Shown in pieces: positions 51,051 through 63,569 of a stretch of 64,000 nucleotides of DNA. This DNA is from Lama guanicoe (Eukaryota). Within the stretch, counting starts at the first letter, position 1; the number at the start of each line of letters is the position of its first letter. The notes under the pieces are model-generated. The model saw only the letters and a program-made list of their open reading frames with translations, was not told the origin of the DNA and searched no databases. Made by a program: the position numbers and the translations under genes. Location: positions 356,972 to 420,971 of the forward strand of contig MU055458.1 in NCBI GenBank assembly GCA_013239625.1, in the 5' to 3' direction.

Positions 51051-51140
51051 GTCCAGGTGCTACTGTACTTCCTGCAGCTGGAGGCCATCCCCGCCCCGGA
51101 CAGCAAGAGACAGAGCATCCTGTTCTCCACGGAAGTCTAG
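51051..51140 (+). CDS. BCR: BCR exon 23 coding part: [29 protein letters not shown] (class I PDZ-binding C-terminus)
   Basis: tggcag|GTC...GTCTAG. Confidence 0.97.
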   Translation, partial: VQVLLYFLQLEAIPAPDSKRQSILFSTEV

Positions 51141-53540
51141 GGGCCCCACTCCACCTCCAAGAGGCCAGCGCACAGCCTGGGAACCTCCAAGGAAACGGGC
51201 CATCCAGAGCGGGAGCCGCACCTTCTAGAGGAGCAATTGGGCCACCCCTCAGGGCCGGGCTGTCTGCCAGGAGAAACTACCCAAGGCAAAAGCCCGAGGG
51301 GCCTGGACCGTGCAGGGCCGCTCCGGGCTGGCCTCAGACTGTGGTTTTCCACGCCGCCACCAGAGGGCGCCCCAAGCCAGCGCGTCCTGGGCGGGGCCAG
51401 GCGAAGGGAGTGGTTTCTATGAATTTAACTTATCAAGCTTGAAAGATTTCTACTGGATCACCTGTCAAGATGCACCCTCCCCGGGGAGAAGGGACCAGGA
51501 GCAGATTCCCTCACTACCGTGTCTTGAATAAACACTGCTGCTGCTTCATGCCTGGGGGCCGGGCCCCGTCCCGTTTGGGCAAGGGGAGTAGGGGGCATTT
51601 CAATTTCCCAGACTTAGAAATTCTACTCCTGTCTGTCACAGGGTTTGAAAAGCTAAGTCTCCACTGTGTAGCGCTTTACCCCTTTCACCGCCATTCTTCT
51701 CTTTCTTTGTAGAAGGATCTGTGCAGAAATGGGTCGTCTTTCCAGTCCGTCCTGTTGCTTTGTGTTTGCTGATCGCGTGCCCCTCGGAAGGCAGCTCCCC
51801 GCGGAGCCGTGTACCGTCCAGGACCGGACACCGGGGGAGGGAGCCCAGGCTGCGCACTTTATGGCTAGTTGCTAGGGGGAGTGACCCCGCCCCCTCCCCA
51901 CTGCCCCGCAGGGCGCACGCGCTCAGAGAGGCCCCAGTCTCCGGCTCTCCCTCCCCCGGTCGTCCGCCACACAGATCGCTACATCCCTCGCTCTCTGCTC
52001 CACACACTCAGCAAACTTTTGTAAAGGTTTCCTCAGCAGCAGAGCTCGCCAACAGCTTGTTTTAAACTTTGATCCGAATAGCCTTTTGATACTTGAAGAT
52101 TTTTAAGTTTTATACATAGTTTCTAATTTTTTTCCTAACAGATGCAGATACCTAATAAGATGTTAGAATGTACCCTGTGGACAGTCCATGTCCCAGCGGC
52201 ATCTTGTCTTCCTCCAAGCGCCAGCTCTGTTGGCGTCAGGAGCCGCTTCTCAAGTCTCCTGAGCATCTGGAGTCTGGGGGGGGGTTAGGAAGCGGGGGGT
52301 TGTGGGCCAAGGGGAGCCCCAAATCCCGGAGCAGGTGTGGGGACAGACGCACCTGCTCTCCACGCACCTGTGTGCAAGCCAGGACGTTCCATCTGACTTA
52401 GAGGAAAGAGAACTGGGGAGGCCACTGAATATTTTGAGGAAACAAGTCTGTGAAGAATTGTATCACTTTTTCAAAAAAAGGATGGAGGCGAGGAGGAAAG
52501 AAACTGAGAAGCCAGGTTTCCATGCTGGACTTGCAGGAAGAGAGGGTGTGGCTAACCCGGAGGAGGGAAGCGGTGGCATGACTCAGGAAAAGGCGTTTGC
52601 TTGTCACACGATGACACCAGTCACAGGTGACACTGTCCCACGATCCTTCCTGTGTCCCCGACGGGGTGGGAAGGCTCAGCAGGTGTGTCACTGGGCAGCT
52701 GCTGCCCAAGCTCATGGCACGTGGCGCTGCCACATGCCCCCCACTCTCCCCTCTTCTTGTGGACCTGCTGAGGCAGGGAACAGAAAAAGAAGTCACTTGA
52801 AGGTCTTAGTCTGCACACCGTATTTATTTAGTTGTACTTTTTCTTGCAAGAAGAGCAGCCTCACTGTTGTAAAGCAATGCGGCCCTGTGGGGGATGCGGG
52901 CAGGGAGCAGGGTCCTCTGGACTCGGGGTTCCTCGGGCCTCCAGCACCGAGCCTCCTCTGGCCTGGCTCCCCAGCACCATCCAGCCCGAGGGGAACGCAC
53001 TTTGCTTAGAAGAGCTTAGACCCTGCCCTTGTTTCTGTTTCCCTGGAGTCTCATGATTTGCGTCTGTTGCATTGAAACTGGAAAGCAATCTCTCAGTGTT
53101 GGTGCCAATTTTCATTCCCTCCCGCACCTCCTTCCCCTTTGACTTTATTTATGTAGGATGAGTGCTGTTTAATGGTGGAATGACCACTCTTTTCCTGTGT
53201 AGCTGGCAGAAACCCTCCTTCTCTGGGCCACAGTGGTGGCGGTCACTTTGGGTCCCCAGGCGCCCGTGTCACCTGTCTGACACTCAGGCCTGAGGGTTGG
53301 CAAAAGCCAGTGGGCGGGTGACGGCCTGAAGTCCAGACGTGACCTTGCACGAGGCTCAGAGGCCAGACTCCACAGCCCCGGGCCCTGGGTCCGGAGCAGT
53401 GAGCTCGGAGGGCAGCCCGGCCTCACGTGGTGGGTGGCTGGTCTTGGCATCTGCGTGTCTGCTTTTGAGCTCGGCCGCCTGTGTACCACCGCGGGGGAAA
53501 GAACTGCTGACCCTTTCATTAAACTTCCCTGAGACTACCT
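51141..53540 (+). other. BCR: BCR 3'UTR (distal end uncertain)
   Basis: Follows the stop codon; U-rich blocks at ~52040-52170 and ~52820-52880; poly(A)-signal candidates. Confidence 0.55.
51527..51532 (+). terminator. Proximal polyadenylation signal AATAAA
   Basis: gtcttgAATAAAcactg, ~390 nt after the stop. Confidence 0.65.
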
Positions 53541-56103
53541 GCGTCAGTGGTGATGGCTTCAGTAGAAAGAAACAGGGTGATCAGAGCCTCTGGGGGTCCC
53601 CAGAGCTGCTGGGATGGGGTCGGGAGTGGGCGTTGTAGCTGGGATAAGCAGCTGGTGGGGTGCAAAGGCTGGGTGCCCCAGTGGCCTCCATGGAGATGGT
53701 GTGCATCGCTGTGGACAGGCCAGGCCCAAGGGTCTACTTGTCCATGGGCATCACTCCGAGAGCGTGTGGGGCTGTCTGGTTTGGGTCGATCGGCAGAGGG
53801 GACACTGGCCATGCCAAGCCCAGGGTCAGGGAAGTTTCCAGCCTTTCTGTTGCTTGCAGACGGGACATGGGTCACTCTTAGCCACCACCGACCTGGCACG
53901 CGGTCACCTTCCTGGACTGTAATTCTCCCTCCAGCTGGCCTCCAGGACCACTGCCTGTGGAGCCTCACTGTGGCCATTTCCCTGAATGGATGGTGTGGTG
54001 TGTCCTGGAAACAGACAGGAATAGAGGGCAGCGGCCTTGAGCTCGGTGCCGCCCTTCACTGGCCTGTGGTGACCTGGGGGAGGTCACACCAAGGATGTGA
54101 CAAAGATGCCCTGGGATGCACCTCCACCCTCGGGGTCTCCAAAGGCCTCAGCTCCCCTCTTATAAGGTGTAAGGGTTGTTATTGAGTCCTGCAACATTGA
54201 AAAAGCTTCCTATACACTCTGACATCTGTCCTCTCTGACATTTGGTGATGAGGAATGGGCTGTCTCTCGCCCTTCTCCAAGTTTTTGGCCCCTAAAAGGC
54301 TACAATTAGCTTTCTATCCCATCCTTCCTGGTCCTATTTGAAAACCTTAAAAAAAGGGAAAAAAGCACTATGGCATCTCTTACTAGGAGTTGGTTTTTCA
54401 GGTGGGAGCTGTCTTTCCCCATGTCCTGAGAGCAGCAGCTCTATCCAGCCAAGCACAGGCCAGCATGTGGCCCAGGGAGCAAGACCATTCACTGCTGTGG
54501 AATCAGGTCTTACACCTCGAAGACCCCCCCGCACACCGGCGTTCCAGTGCTGGCTGAAGAACAGGGCCGGGGGCTAGTGTCTCCATGGTCCTACAAGCTC
54601 ACTCCCTTTTTCCTGGACTAGATGCAGCCAGACCTCGACCACCAGCCCTGGCCTGGATGTGCCTGTGCGGGCACTGGGCCGAGGTCTCCTGCCCCTGGCA
54701 TCACGCACATGCCCCGGGCAAATGAAGGGTAGGATTTCATGTAGATATCTCAGAAGAACTTGTATACCCTCTCCCCCCCGGAATGCCCCAGTGCCCTAGA
54801 ATGTGACATTTCCATGATGGGACTTACTGATGAGCTGTCCCAAACAGCTCTGGGAAGCTAAACAGAAGTGAGGGGGTGTCAGACAAGCCAGCTCCTGAAG
54901 GGGCCCAAATGGCCTCCAGCTGGAGCAGCTGCTACTAGTCAGCGGGCAGAGTGGGAGCCGGGAGTCACCCCTGGGTGAGGGAGGAAACTGTCAAAGCCAG
55001 GGTGGGGGCGGGGGAGGGACGGTTCAGCGGCCAGGCAGGGCCTTGTGTCACCCCAACTCTCCCAGGGTGGACAGGCCACATAAACGGTTTCCCGGAGGAC
55101 AGGTCCAGATTGGGAAGGAAACCAGCTGCTTGGGGGACTGAGGCCACTCTGCGTGTCCCCAGGCGAGATGCACCACGTGCCTGGCGAGACATCACCGGCC
55201 ACGTATCCAGTTGCCCTAGAACACTGAGAGCTCGGTCCACACACCAGCTCCTTTCCCTTCGCCTCCTATGGGCAGAACGGGGCTAGCCCAACCAGAAAGT
55301 GTCCCTTAGGGTTTTCAGTCACTTGGTGGAGCCTGGCAGCTGGGGACGTGTAGATTCAAATCGGATTCCAGCTGAAGGGGCCTGAGGAGCTGCCGGCTGA
55401 GCAGCCCCCAGAAGAGGGGGCACCAGAATGGATGCCACCGCAGCCCCGGGGCTCATGCAGGCTCAAGAGCTTGAGTGACCACTAGGGTGAGCCTCTCAAA
55501 CCCACGGCCTGGCCCCAGGGTCTAACGTGGACACCTGGACCCACGCAGAGGGAAGCAGGTGCTGCAGCTGCTTATTTAAATATAAAACTGCCACGTAGAG
55601 GCCACCTTGCTGGGGTGCTCTGACCTGGCTTCTGCTGTCTGCCCCCTATCGCTGGGATCTGAGGGACATGGGACCAGAAGGAGGGAGAGACAACGAGGAG
55701 AGGAGAACAACTGCTGTTTCTTTTATTTTCTGAAAACATTTCCAGTGTCGGGGGTGGTGATCAGAAGGTATTTGGAACAGGTTACTGTATCTGTGACCTT
55801 TGTGTCTAGATAATCACTGCCTTTCACAAGCCGGGCCCCTTCATCGGGGCCAAAAAAAGACCTCCTGGGGCTCCCAGTCAGTGGGTGGCAGCTGCGGAAG
55901 CCCTGTCCACCCTGGCAGGCTGGCTCTGGCCTCTGAGTCTCAGCCCATCCAGGCCACCTGGAGCGAAGCTCACCTGGTGATGCGATGCCATGCCGGGGCA
56001 CTAGAGGGCAGCAAATCCCTCCTCCGGGGCTGACCACGCCCATGGTCACGCCCTCCTTCCCGGCCACCCTGGAGTCGTCCTGACTCCACCGCCGGGAGGA
56101 GGT

Positions 56104-56458
56104 TGTGAGCTGAACTGTGTCCCTGCCAGATTCGTTTGTGGAAGCCCTAACCCCAATACTGAGCACCTGACTGTCTTCAGAGAGTACCGTTAGGAAGGTA
56201 ATCAAGGTTAAATGAGGTCATAGGGGTGGAGCACTGGTGGCCTTACAAGAAGAGGTCTCTCTTTGCCACTCACAGAGGGGAGGCCGTGTGAGGACACAGA
56301 AGGGAGTCAGCTGCAGGCCAGGAAGAGAGGCTTCTGGAGGACCCAACCCTGATGGCCCCTTGACCTTGGACTCTGGCCTCCAGAGCCGTGAGGAAATCTG
56401 TCTGTTGTTCAAGGGCCTGCTCTGTGGTTTAGTGTTACACCGGCTCGAGTCCAATAAC
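56104..56458 (+). mobile_element. MLT1A/B MaLR solo LTR
   Basis: tgaactgtgtccc...gaagccctaacccc...ggttaaatgaggtcatagggg...accttggactctggcctccagagccgtgag. Confidence 0.8.
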
Positions 56459-57280
56459 ACAATGGTCTCTGGCCATCAGACCCCTGACGTGACTCCACGT
56501 GTGGGACCTGAGTCCTCCCCGTGCTGCTCTGGGTCCACGACCCTCTTAGGGGATCCAGGGTGGTTGACTGACCACGCAGTGGGCAGGGGGCTGTCACCCG
56601 CCTCATCCCGGCCACGTGGTGAATCTCCTGGACAAGCACATCCCATGCCCCCAGCCCTGGTCAATCAACTCAAGTCTCTTCCAGTTTACACTCGCCCTGT
56701 GGCCCCTGCGGGAGACTCAACCACAGCCACCATCCAGGCAGGGTGTGTGCAGGGTCACCCCAAGCTTTGGCCTACTGTTTGCCTGATTTGCTGTAGAGGT
56801 GCCCCAGGCAACGGCGCTCTTTTGGGTCCAAAGCCCCCAGCAGCCCTTCCCCACTCCCTCAACAGCTCAGCCTTGAGACCCCCCTCCCCTCAGGGTTCTG
56901 AGTCCCAACTCAGAGTCTTGGCCTGGACTTCCCAGGGCCAAGGAGGGAGGAGCAGCAGCGCCTGACAGGGTGGGCAAGGCTGACCCCAAAATGGGGCCGG
57001 GGCAAGGCCCCCAGGCACAGAGGCTTTCTTATCCTGCAATGGAACATCTTGGAACAGGAAAGAAGGCTCCCTTCCAGGTGGACCGGCAGTGCCAGAAGGC
57101 ATGTGCTGTGGCCTTTGACCCTGGTGGTGCACGGCTGATGCTCCCCAAATGCTCAGAACTGAAGCCACATGCCTATCTCAGCTGGACCACATGCTCCCTA
57201 AGGCTAGCTCGTTCCCTCTGATTCTCCCTGTAAGAGCCTCCCTGTCCATGTCCAGACGACCCAAGGCCTCTGAAGGGAAA

Positions 57281-57728
57281 GTGGCTCTTCCATGGTCCCT
57301 GCCCCCCAAAGATATGTCCACCTGGAACCTCAACGTGTGACCTCATTCGGAATAAGACTCTTTGCGATATTAAGGTACGGATCTTGAGATGAGGTGGTCT
57401 ACATAGGGAGGGCCCTAGAACCAATGAGTGTTGTCACAGGAGACAAAAAAGGAGAAGACAGACACACCGGGGAGGACGCCATGTAAATCCGAAGGCGGGG
57501 ACCAGGTGGTGTGTCTCCAAGTCAAGGACCTCCGTGGGTGGTTGGCAGCCTCCAGGAGCCGGGAGAAAGGCCTGGAACAGATTCTTCCTCAGAGCCTCCA
57601 GAAGGAAGCAACCCTGCTGAACTGCGGGGTGTGGGCTTCAGCCTCCAGAGCTGTGAGGGAATCCATTCCCATGGCGGGGAAACGCCAGTTTGTGGTCCTT
57701 TGTTATGGCAGCCCCAGGAATGAATACA
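57281..57728 (+). mobile_element. MLT1C-like MaLR solo LTR
   Basis: cccccaaagatatgtcca...ggaacagattcttcctcagagcctccagaagga...tttgttatggcagccccaggaatgaataca. Confidence 0.8.
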
Positions 57729-60609
57729 GTCAACCAGCTAGGACATCAAGACCCCATGGCAAAATCCAGGCTCTCCTCCCATTACCGTCCCGCTTCCAAA
57801 AGCATTCCTGCTTGGAGCAGACTCGATTGGTCCCTCCTGGGCCCTGGTGCTAGAGGCCAAAGGGCTGGGGCGAGGGCCAGGGAGATGGGCTCAGGGGTCA
57901 TCTAACCCAGTCTGGGGGCCTTGGCCGCTGACCTCCAGCCCTCTCCCATCACCGCCCCTGCCCACAGAAGTCTCTGAGAACACAGAGCACCTTCCCTGCC
58001 TGTCCTCTGGCCCCTCTGGCCTTGGCCTTTGTCCCACCTCTGCTCTCCTCTGCTTGGAATCCCAGGGCCTCTGCCCTGTAAACCCACTCAGCTCACTTCC
58101 GTCCCCTCTACTCCCTGGTGGCTGCACCAGGCAGGCCTGCTGACCAGTTTTAAATCAGCTCCCCGGGACGGTTTTACACTTTTTTAGCAGGCTCGTCTTT
58201 CTTCCAGATCTTTCTAGAACTCCTCTGAACCGCCTTCAGCTTTTCCTGCAAAAGCAGCATTATTTACTTGTAGCCGTGCTTTGGGTTCAAGATGAGATCA
58301 TGACGCTCTCTCATCCCCTTGCTCTTTCCCCGTTTGCTTAAAATTTCCCCACAAGGGAGTCTACCTTCAAAGGGAGAATTTTTTTCAAAAAAGGCTGCAA
58401 GTCCTGAAGATGGTTCTCGAAGGGGAGCCATGGGTGTGTTTGCAGTCTTGGGATGTGTGCAGGATTCCCAGGAGCCCCATTTGCAAGGGGGCCATCAGCA
58501 GCTGGGGGAGGGGACCCAGGACCTAAAGGCTCTCTGAGCCTCACTCCCCTCAGTGGTAAAATCAGACTTAATCTGACACTTGACCCTGGGAAGGGCCACA
58601 GGCAGGAACATTATCTAAACCTCAGGCAGATTGCGGAGGAATCCCTTGATCCAGCCCGTCCCTGCTCTTCCATTGTTTCCCGAGGTCCCTGTGGAGTTGA
58701 ACCTGGAGGCTGGACCAGGACTAGCGCTTTCTGTGCTTGGGACCTGGAGCTGAGAGGTGATGGAGGAAGCCTTCCAGAAGGGTTCTGGAAGGGTTTCTGG
58801 AGCCCTTGCCGCATGCCAGGCCCTGCCCTTGGGAAACTTTCAGTCTCCAGGTCCACAGACTTTAAATACTTTGTTCCTGTTTCTTAGCCATATGATTGCT
58901 GTGTGCAGAGAAGCATGGTGGGCAGGGGGCGCTTTATAGGGTAAGAACCTATTATTTAGTCCCTCAGCATCCCGACCAGTGGGGGGTTATTGCCATTGCT
59001 CATGAAAGAACTGGAGGCACAGAGAGGTTGAGCACCATGCTGGCGGTCACACAGCTGTCCTGGCTGAAGTTTGGGCTCCAGTCTGGGGACCCGCAGAGCT
59101 GGCACATGGGAGGTACCAGCTCACTATTCCCTTCTTGCTGGCCTCAGTTTCTCTGACAATGAAGAGAGTCTGATGCTCACTGATCTCTGTGGGCCATTAG
59201 AAGGGTGGACACCTGTCCCATTCCCTTCCTGCGTCTCCCCTAAACTGTCTGCAGTTCAGCTGGGCCTCCCAGGGAGCTCCCCCCGAGCTTCAGGCCGTGG
59301 CCACTGGGTGCACACATCCCTCCTAGGGCGAGCAGTGTGGCTATGGACAGTGAACAGCCCATCTTTGCCTGCAGACACGTCTTCGCCTGGCTGACAGCTG
59401 AGTGTTTCCCGGGGCTCTGAGTGCCCTGGCTCTGAGACAGGCATGTCAAGAATCCCAAGCTTGACGTCTTGGCCCCCGGAGCTGATGATGTGCTAACTGC
59501 TGGGGACAGTTGTTTTCCGATTAAAACTTGGCTTGCGGAGCCTGCCTGTTTGGCTCCTCCAGCTGTGGTGCAGATGGAGCAGCAGGGCCCGAGTGGGGCA
59601 GTCAGGAGTGGAGGTGTGCGTTGGGGTGAGCTGAGTGGGTCAGCGGGAACCAGAGGCATGGAGCTCAAGGGGATTCTAGGCTGCAGAGCCCCACCTGTCT
59701 CAGTGGTGACAAGGCCCCAGTACCGCTGGCTGGCAGGGCTTGACGCGAGGGAGGTGTCAGCCTCTGAGTCTGGGATGCTCTCAGCCTGTGAATGGAGATC
59801 ACGGAGATCACAGCATCCCAATCCGGCAGGTGGAGGCTGGGCCCTGGGAGGGGCTCCTGTGCAGGCAGTTGGCTTCTCACTCCCCAGGGCTGGGCACCTC
59901 ACCAGGTCCCCTCTTGCTCCTGGCTAGCACCTGCCCAAATTTCCTGCTCATTCTGTCCCTCCAGTCTCCAGGGAATCTAGGAAGAGGGGACAAGGCATGG
60001 TGAGGCTGGTGGGACCGCCCAGATGCCAGCACTGAGGCCCAGCCACAGCCTGGGGTGAAGTCCCAACCGTTCTGTGTGCCCTGCCCTCAGATGTGTCCTC
60101 TCCTCTGACCCCACCGCCACACCATGCCTCCCCACTGGACTGTGAATGTGTCTCCCAACTGCAGGGTCACCCTCCCCACCCCGCAGGTGCCATGAGGCGA
60201 GTCTTCCCAGAGAAGATCTCAGAGCAGATCACTTCCCTGTCCCAAAGCCGCAAGGCATGCACCTCCTCCCAGAACCCTGCTGACTCCTCCAGGACACCTT
60301 AGCACCATATTACCTGATTCACTGCCGTCCCAGCCAGAGAAGGCCCTTAGAGGCTAGGGACCTGGTGGAAACCATCTGCACCTCCACCTACCCGCCCACC
60401 CAACCCCGCACAGGGTCCAGTTCCACAGACCTGGTTGCTACCCAGGAAATGTCAGCGGCCTCCTGGTTGGTGGAAGATGGTTCTTTTGCTTTGGAATTTC
60501 AATGGCAGAAAACCTAGGTTAGTAGTTTTGGCTCATTATAAGTACTTAGCTATGGATGAGAATGTTCATAGGAACTTAATTCCTAATGCTAAAGGGTAAT
60601 ATTTTTTTT

Positions 60610-61060
60610 AAAAAGGTAAAATCATGACTCTTATACAAATATAAAGTAAACATGTATCAAAGAGTATGTTTAACTCATTCATTAAATGAGGGAACCGGTA
60701 AGATAGTGCCATCAGTTTAACGGAGAACTCCAAGGTCAGACCCATTTATACATCAGAAATATTGAAATGGAGGGGAGGGAGGGAAATAGCTTAGTGGATG
60801 GGTGCGTGCTTAGCATGCATGAGGTCCTGGGTTCAATCCCTAGTGCCTCCATTAAAAAAAAAAATAGTGAAATGAACTTGGAGGCAAAACTGACTTTTCC
60901 ACTGTGGGGGAGGGTTTTCCTTAGGCAAAAATCATTTGCATTGCCATCAATTTTCTGCATATTACAGAGTTGCGAAAGAGCTCAAAGAATTATGATAAAA
61001 GGCCCAGAACCCCCGTAGAATCAGAATCAGATCACCTAGAAGGGTGTGTTCCAAAGGATG
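60610..61060. mobile_element. Possible ERV1-class internal fragment hosting a SINE
   Basis: gtatgtttaactcattcattaaatgagggaaccggtaag resembles MER4/MER34-group internal sequence (memory only). Confidence 0.3.
60770..60861 (+). mobile_element. tRNA-derived SINE (Vic-1-like) with 13-bp TSD
   Basis: tagcttagtgg (A box)...gggttcaatccc (B box), poly-A; TSD aaataKtgaaatg at 60757-60769 and 60862-60874. Confidence 0.85.
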
Positions 61061-61129
61061 CATAGCTTTCCCTTGGAGACACCAGGAATCTTTTTTGCTT
61101 AACTCAGTTTTCCTTCCATGAATAGTTCA

Positions 61130-61319
61130 CAACTAGAGACAAGCCAAACATCCATCAACAGAATGGATAAAGCACAGTATGGTAAATTCATACAGTGCAA
61201 TACTACACAGCAACCAAAATGATACTCATCTTGCACACCACAGACACATGCAACAAGGTGGATGAAGATCACTGACTTAACGCTGGGTGGAAAAGAGTAG
61301 TCACAAAAGGACAAAGGCT
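61130..61319 (+). mobile_element. Ancient L1 3' fragment, continuing after the MLT1D insertion
   Basis: ccatcaacagaatggataaa...aatactacacagcaa...atgcaacaaggtggatgaa. Confidence 0.65.
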
Positions 61320-61812
61320 TGTGGTAGGCTGAATAATGCCCCCTCCCCCCAAAGATATCAGGTCCTTCCCTGGAACCAATAAATGCTATCTGTTTGGAAA
61401 AAGGGNNNNNNNNNNNNNNNNNNNNNNNNNNNNNNNNNNNNNNNNNNNNNNNNNNNNNNNNNNNNNNNNNNNNNNNNNNNNNNNNNNNNNNNNNNNNNNN
61501 NNNNNNNNNNNNNNNNNNNNNNNNNNNNNNNNNNNNNNNNNNNNNNNNNNNNNNNNNNNNNNNNNNNNNNNNNNNNNNNNNGGTTGGAGCAATGCCGCCA
61601 CCAGCAAAGGTGCATCGGGAAAGGCAGGCAGGGGGCAGGAGGTGGAAGATGCAAGGAATGGATTCTCCCCCAGAGCCTTCCAAGGAGGCTCAGAGCTGCC
61701 GACACCCAGATGTTGGGCTTCCAGCTTCCAGAACTGGGAGATAACATGTTTCCATTGTTTTAAGCCACCAAGGTTGTGGGAATCTGTGACAGCGTCCCTA
61801 GGAAACCAACAC
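61320..61812 (+). mobile_element. MLT1D-like MaLR LTR spanning an N gap
   Basis: tgtggtaggctgaataatg...aaggaatggattctcccccagagcc...tgttttaagccacca...taggaaaccaacaca. Confidence 0.8.
61406..61581. other. Assembly gap (176 N) inside the MLT1D LTR
   Basis: Run of N. Confidence 0.99.
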
Positions 61813-61961
61813 AGCACAATTCCACTTACTTAAAGTTCAGAAGAGTCATACTCACCCCGAGTTAGATGTCAGAGTAGGGGTTCCCTTTGGGGAGCATGTG
61901 GTGCTGGTGGGGGAGGGGGTCCTGGGAAAACTGCTCAAGTTCTTTTTCTTGACCTTTACTT

Positions 61962-62104
61962 ATTTTTTGTTTTTCTTTTTTTGAGGGGGTGGTAGTTAGC
62001 TTATTTATGTATTTATGTATTGATGGAGGTACTGGGGATTGAACCCAGGACCTCATGCATGTTAAGCACATGTGGTATTCTACCACTGAGCTATACCCTC
62101 CCCC
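61962..62104 (-). mobile_element. tRNA-derived SINE (Vic-1-like) with TSD
   Basis: Reverse strand reads gggggagggtatagctcagtggtag...gcttaacatgcatgaggtcctgggttcaatccccagtacctcc; TSD ttgaccttYactt at 61949-61961 and 62106-62118. Confidence 0.85.
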
Positions 62105-62199
62105 TTTGACCTTCACTTTTTTATATTTCATCAAGTCATATATTTATCTTGTGCACTTTAATATAAAAAAGTATCTCTTAACAGCATGCATGGCTGGTC

Positions 62200-62595
62200 A
62201 GGAGCAGTGCAGTGATGCTAGGCGCCAGGGGCCACGGGGTTCTGTTCTGTTTCTGCCTTATGCCAGCTGGGTGGCCTTGGGCAAGGACATCACCTCTTTG
62301 AGCCTCAATTTTGTCCTCCATGCAGTTCTTACAGGGCTGGTGTGAGGATCAAAATGATCCTGTTTGAACTGTAAATGCCGAAAGAGATGCACCATTCATG
62401 CCCCTTACAGTTACGAGGCATTTGCTAGGTGCTGGGCCTCATGCTAAACCCGCTGCATGTATTATCCCATTTAATCTCCGTAACAGCTCCCATTTTATAA
62501 ATGAAAAAACTGAGCCTGCAAAGACAGCTAATAAGTGATGGAGCCAGGATTCAAACCCAGGCTGTCTGGTGACAAAGACCATGCCCTAAGTCCTA
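62200..62595. mobile_element. Two MIR fragments in opposite orientation
   Basis: ggccttgggcaag...gagcctcaattt (+); cccattttataaatgaaaaaactgag...gagccaggattcaaacccagg (-). Confidence 0.7.
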
Positions 62596-62929
62596 TGACA
62601 ACGTTGAACGGTTATCTCCAGAATATTAAACCATCGTGGCTATTCTGGTTTTAAAAAGAAAGGTACAGATCATTTATAGTAGACTACCATTTGTGTAAAA
62701 AAAGAGAAGCAGAAGAACCAACCTGTTTATTTTGCATATTTGTTTATATTTATAAAGCATTTTTAGAAGGATATTGAGAAACTGAATCTCTCTCGTTGCA
62801 GGGTGGGAAGAGCAACAGCAACGGAGACAGGGTTGAGATGGTGCTTTCTGAATTTTTAAATATGTAAATATATTAGAAATGTATTTGGAAACAAATTAAA
62901 AAAACAAGGAAGAGTAAAACAAAAGCCAA

Positions 62930-63520
62930 CACAGAATTACATGAACAACTTTATACCAGCGAGTTTGAAAATGTCACCAAAACAGACACTTTCCTGAAAA
63001 GATATAACTCAGGAAAAAACGACACAGGAATAAATAGAAATTCTGTCTAGACTTAGAACTGCTAAAGAAATGTTATGCTTAGTTTAAAATCTGCACCCCA
63101 TCTCCTCCCAAAATCTCACAACAAACAAATCCAAAGGAAAACAGAAGGCCTGCATTATAGGCAAGTTCAGCACACATTAGGAAGAACGGAGAATTCTGAT
63201 CTTACACATAATCTTCCAGATAAAGAAGAAAATGGAAGTCTTCTCAACTCATTGTGAATTTATTATAAACTTAACCCTAAACCAGTCATGGTCAGTACAA
63301 GAAAGAAAGTATGAACCAGTATCACTTATGGGCATAAATGCAAAAATGTTAAGTAATAGATTAGCAAATAGTCCAGCAATGTACTAAAAATATAAGACCA
63401 AGTTGTCTTTTTCCCAGGAAACTAAGATGATGTAATAAAAATCTACTAATGTAGCTCAAACCATCAAAAGGAAAAAAACCTGTAAGATAACTGCGACCTC
63501 ATAGAACTTCCTTGACAAAG
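62930..63520 (+). mobile_element. Degenerate L1 ORF2 fragment
   Basis: A-rich; aacaactttatacca, aatcttccagataaagaagaaaatgga, ccagtatcacttatgggcataaatgcaaaaat. Confidence 0.65.
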
Positions 63521-63569
63521 AAAGCCTCATTTTTCTGGTTGCCCACTTGTTTATTGCCTGTGCTCCCTG

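Larger units (their letters stand above)
7531..51140 (+). other. BCR: BCR gene body, coding exons 2-23 (exon 1 lies upstream of the window; exon 9 in N gap); DH-PH-C2-RhoGAP protein ending in PDZ-binding motif STEV
   Basis: 21 exons translate to peptides recognisable as BCR, with AG/GT boundaries and consistent phases; GIYRVSG arginine finger and C-terminal FSTEV* present. Confidence 0.98.

Noticed and set aside
60770-60861. tRNA-like sequence with A and B boxes
   Set aside because: Poly-A tail, TSDs and multiple diverged copies show a SINE, not a tRNA gene
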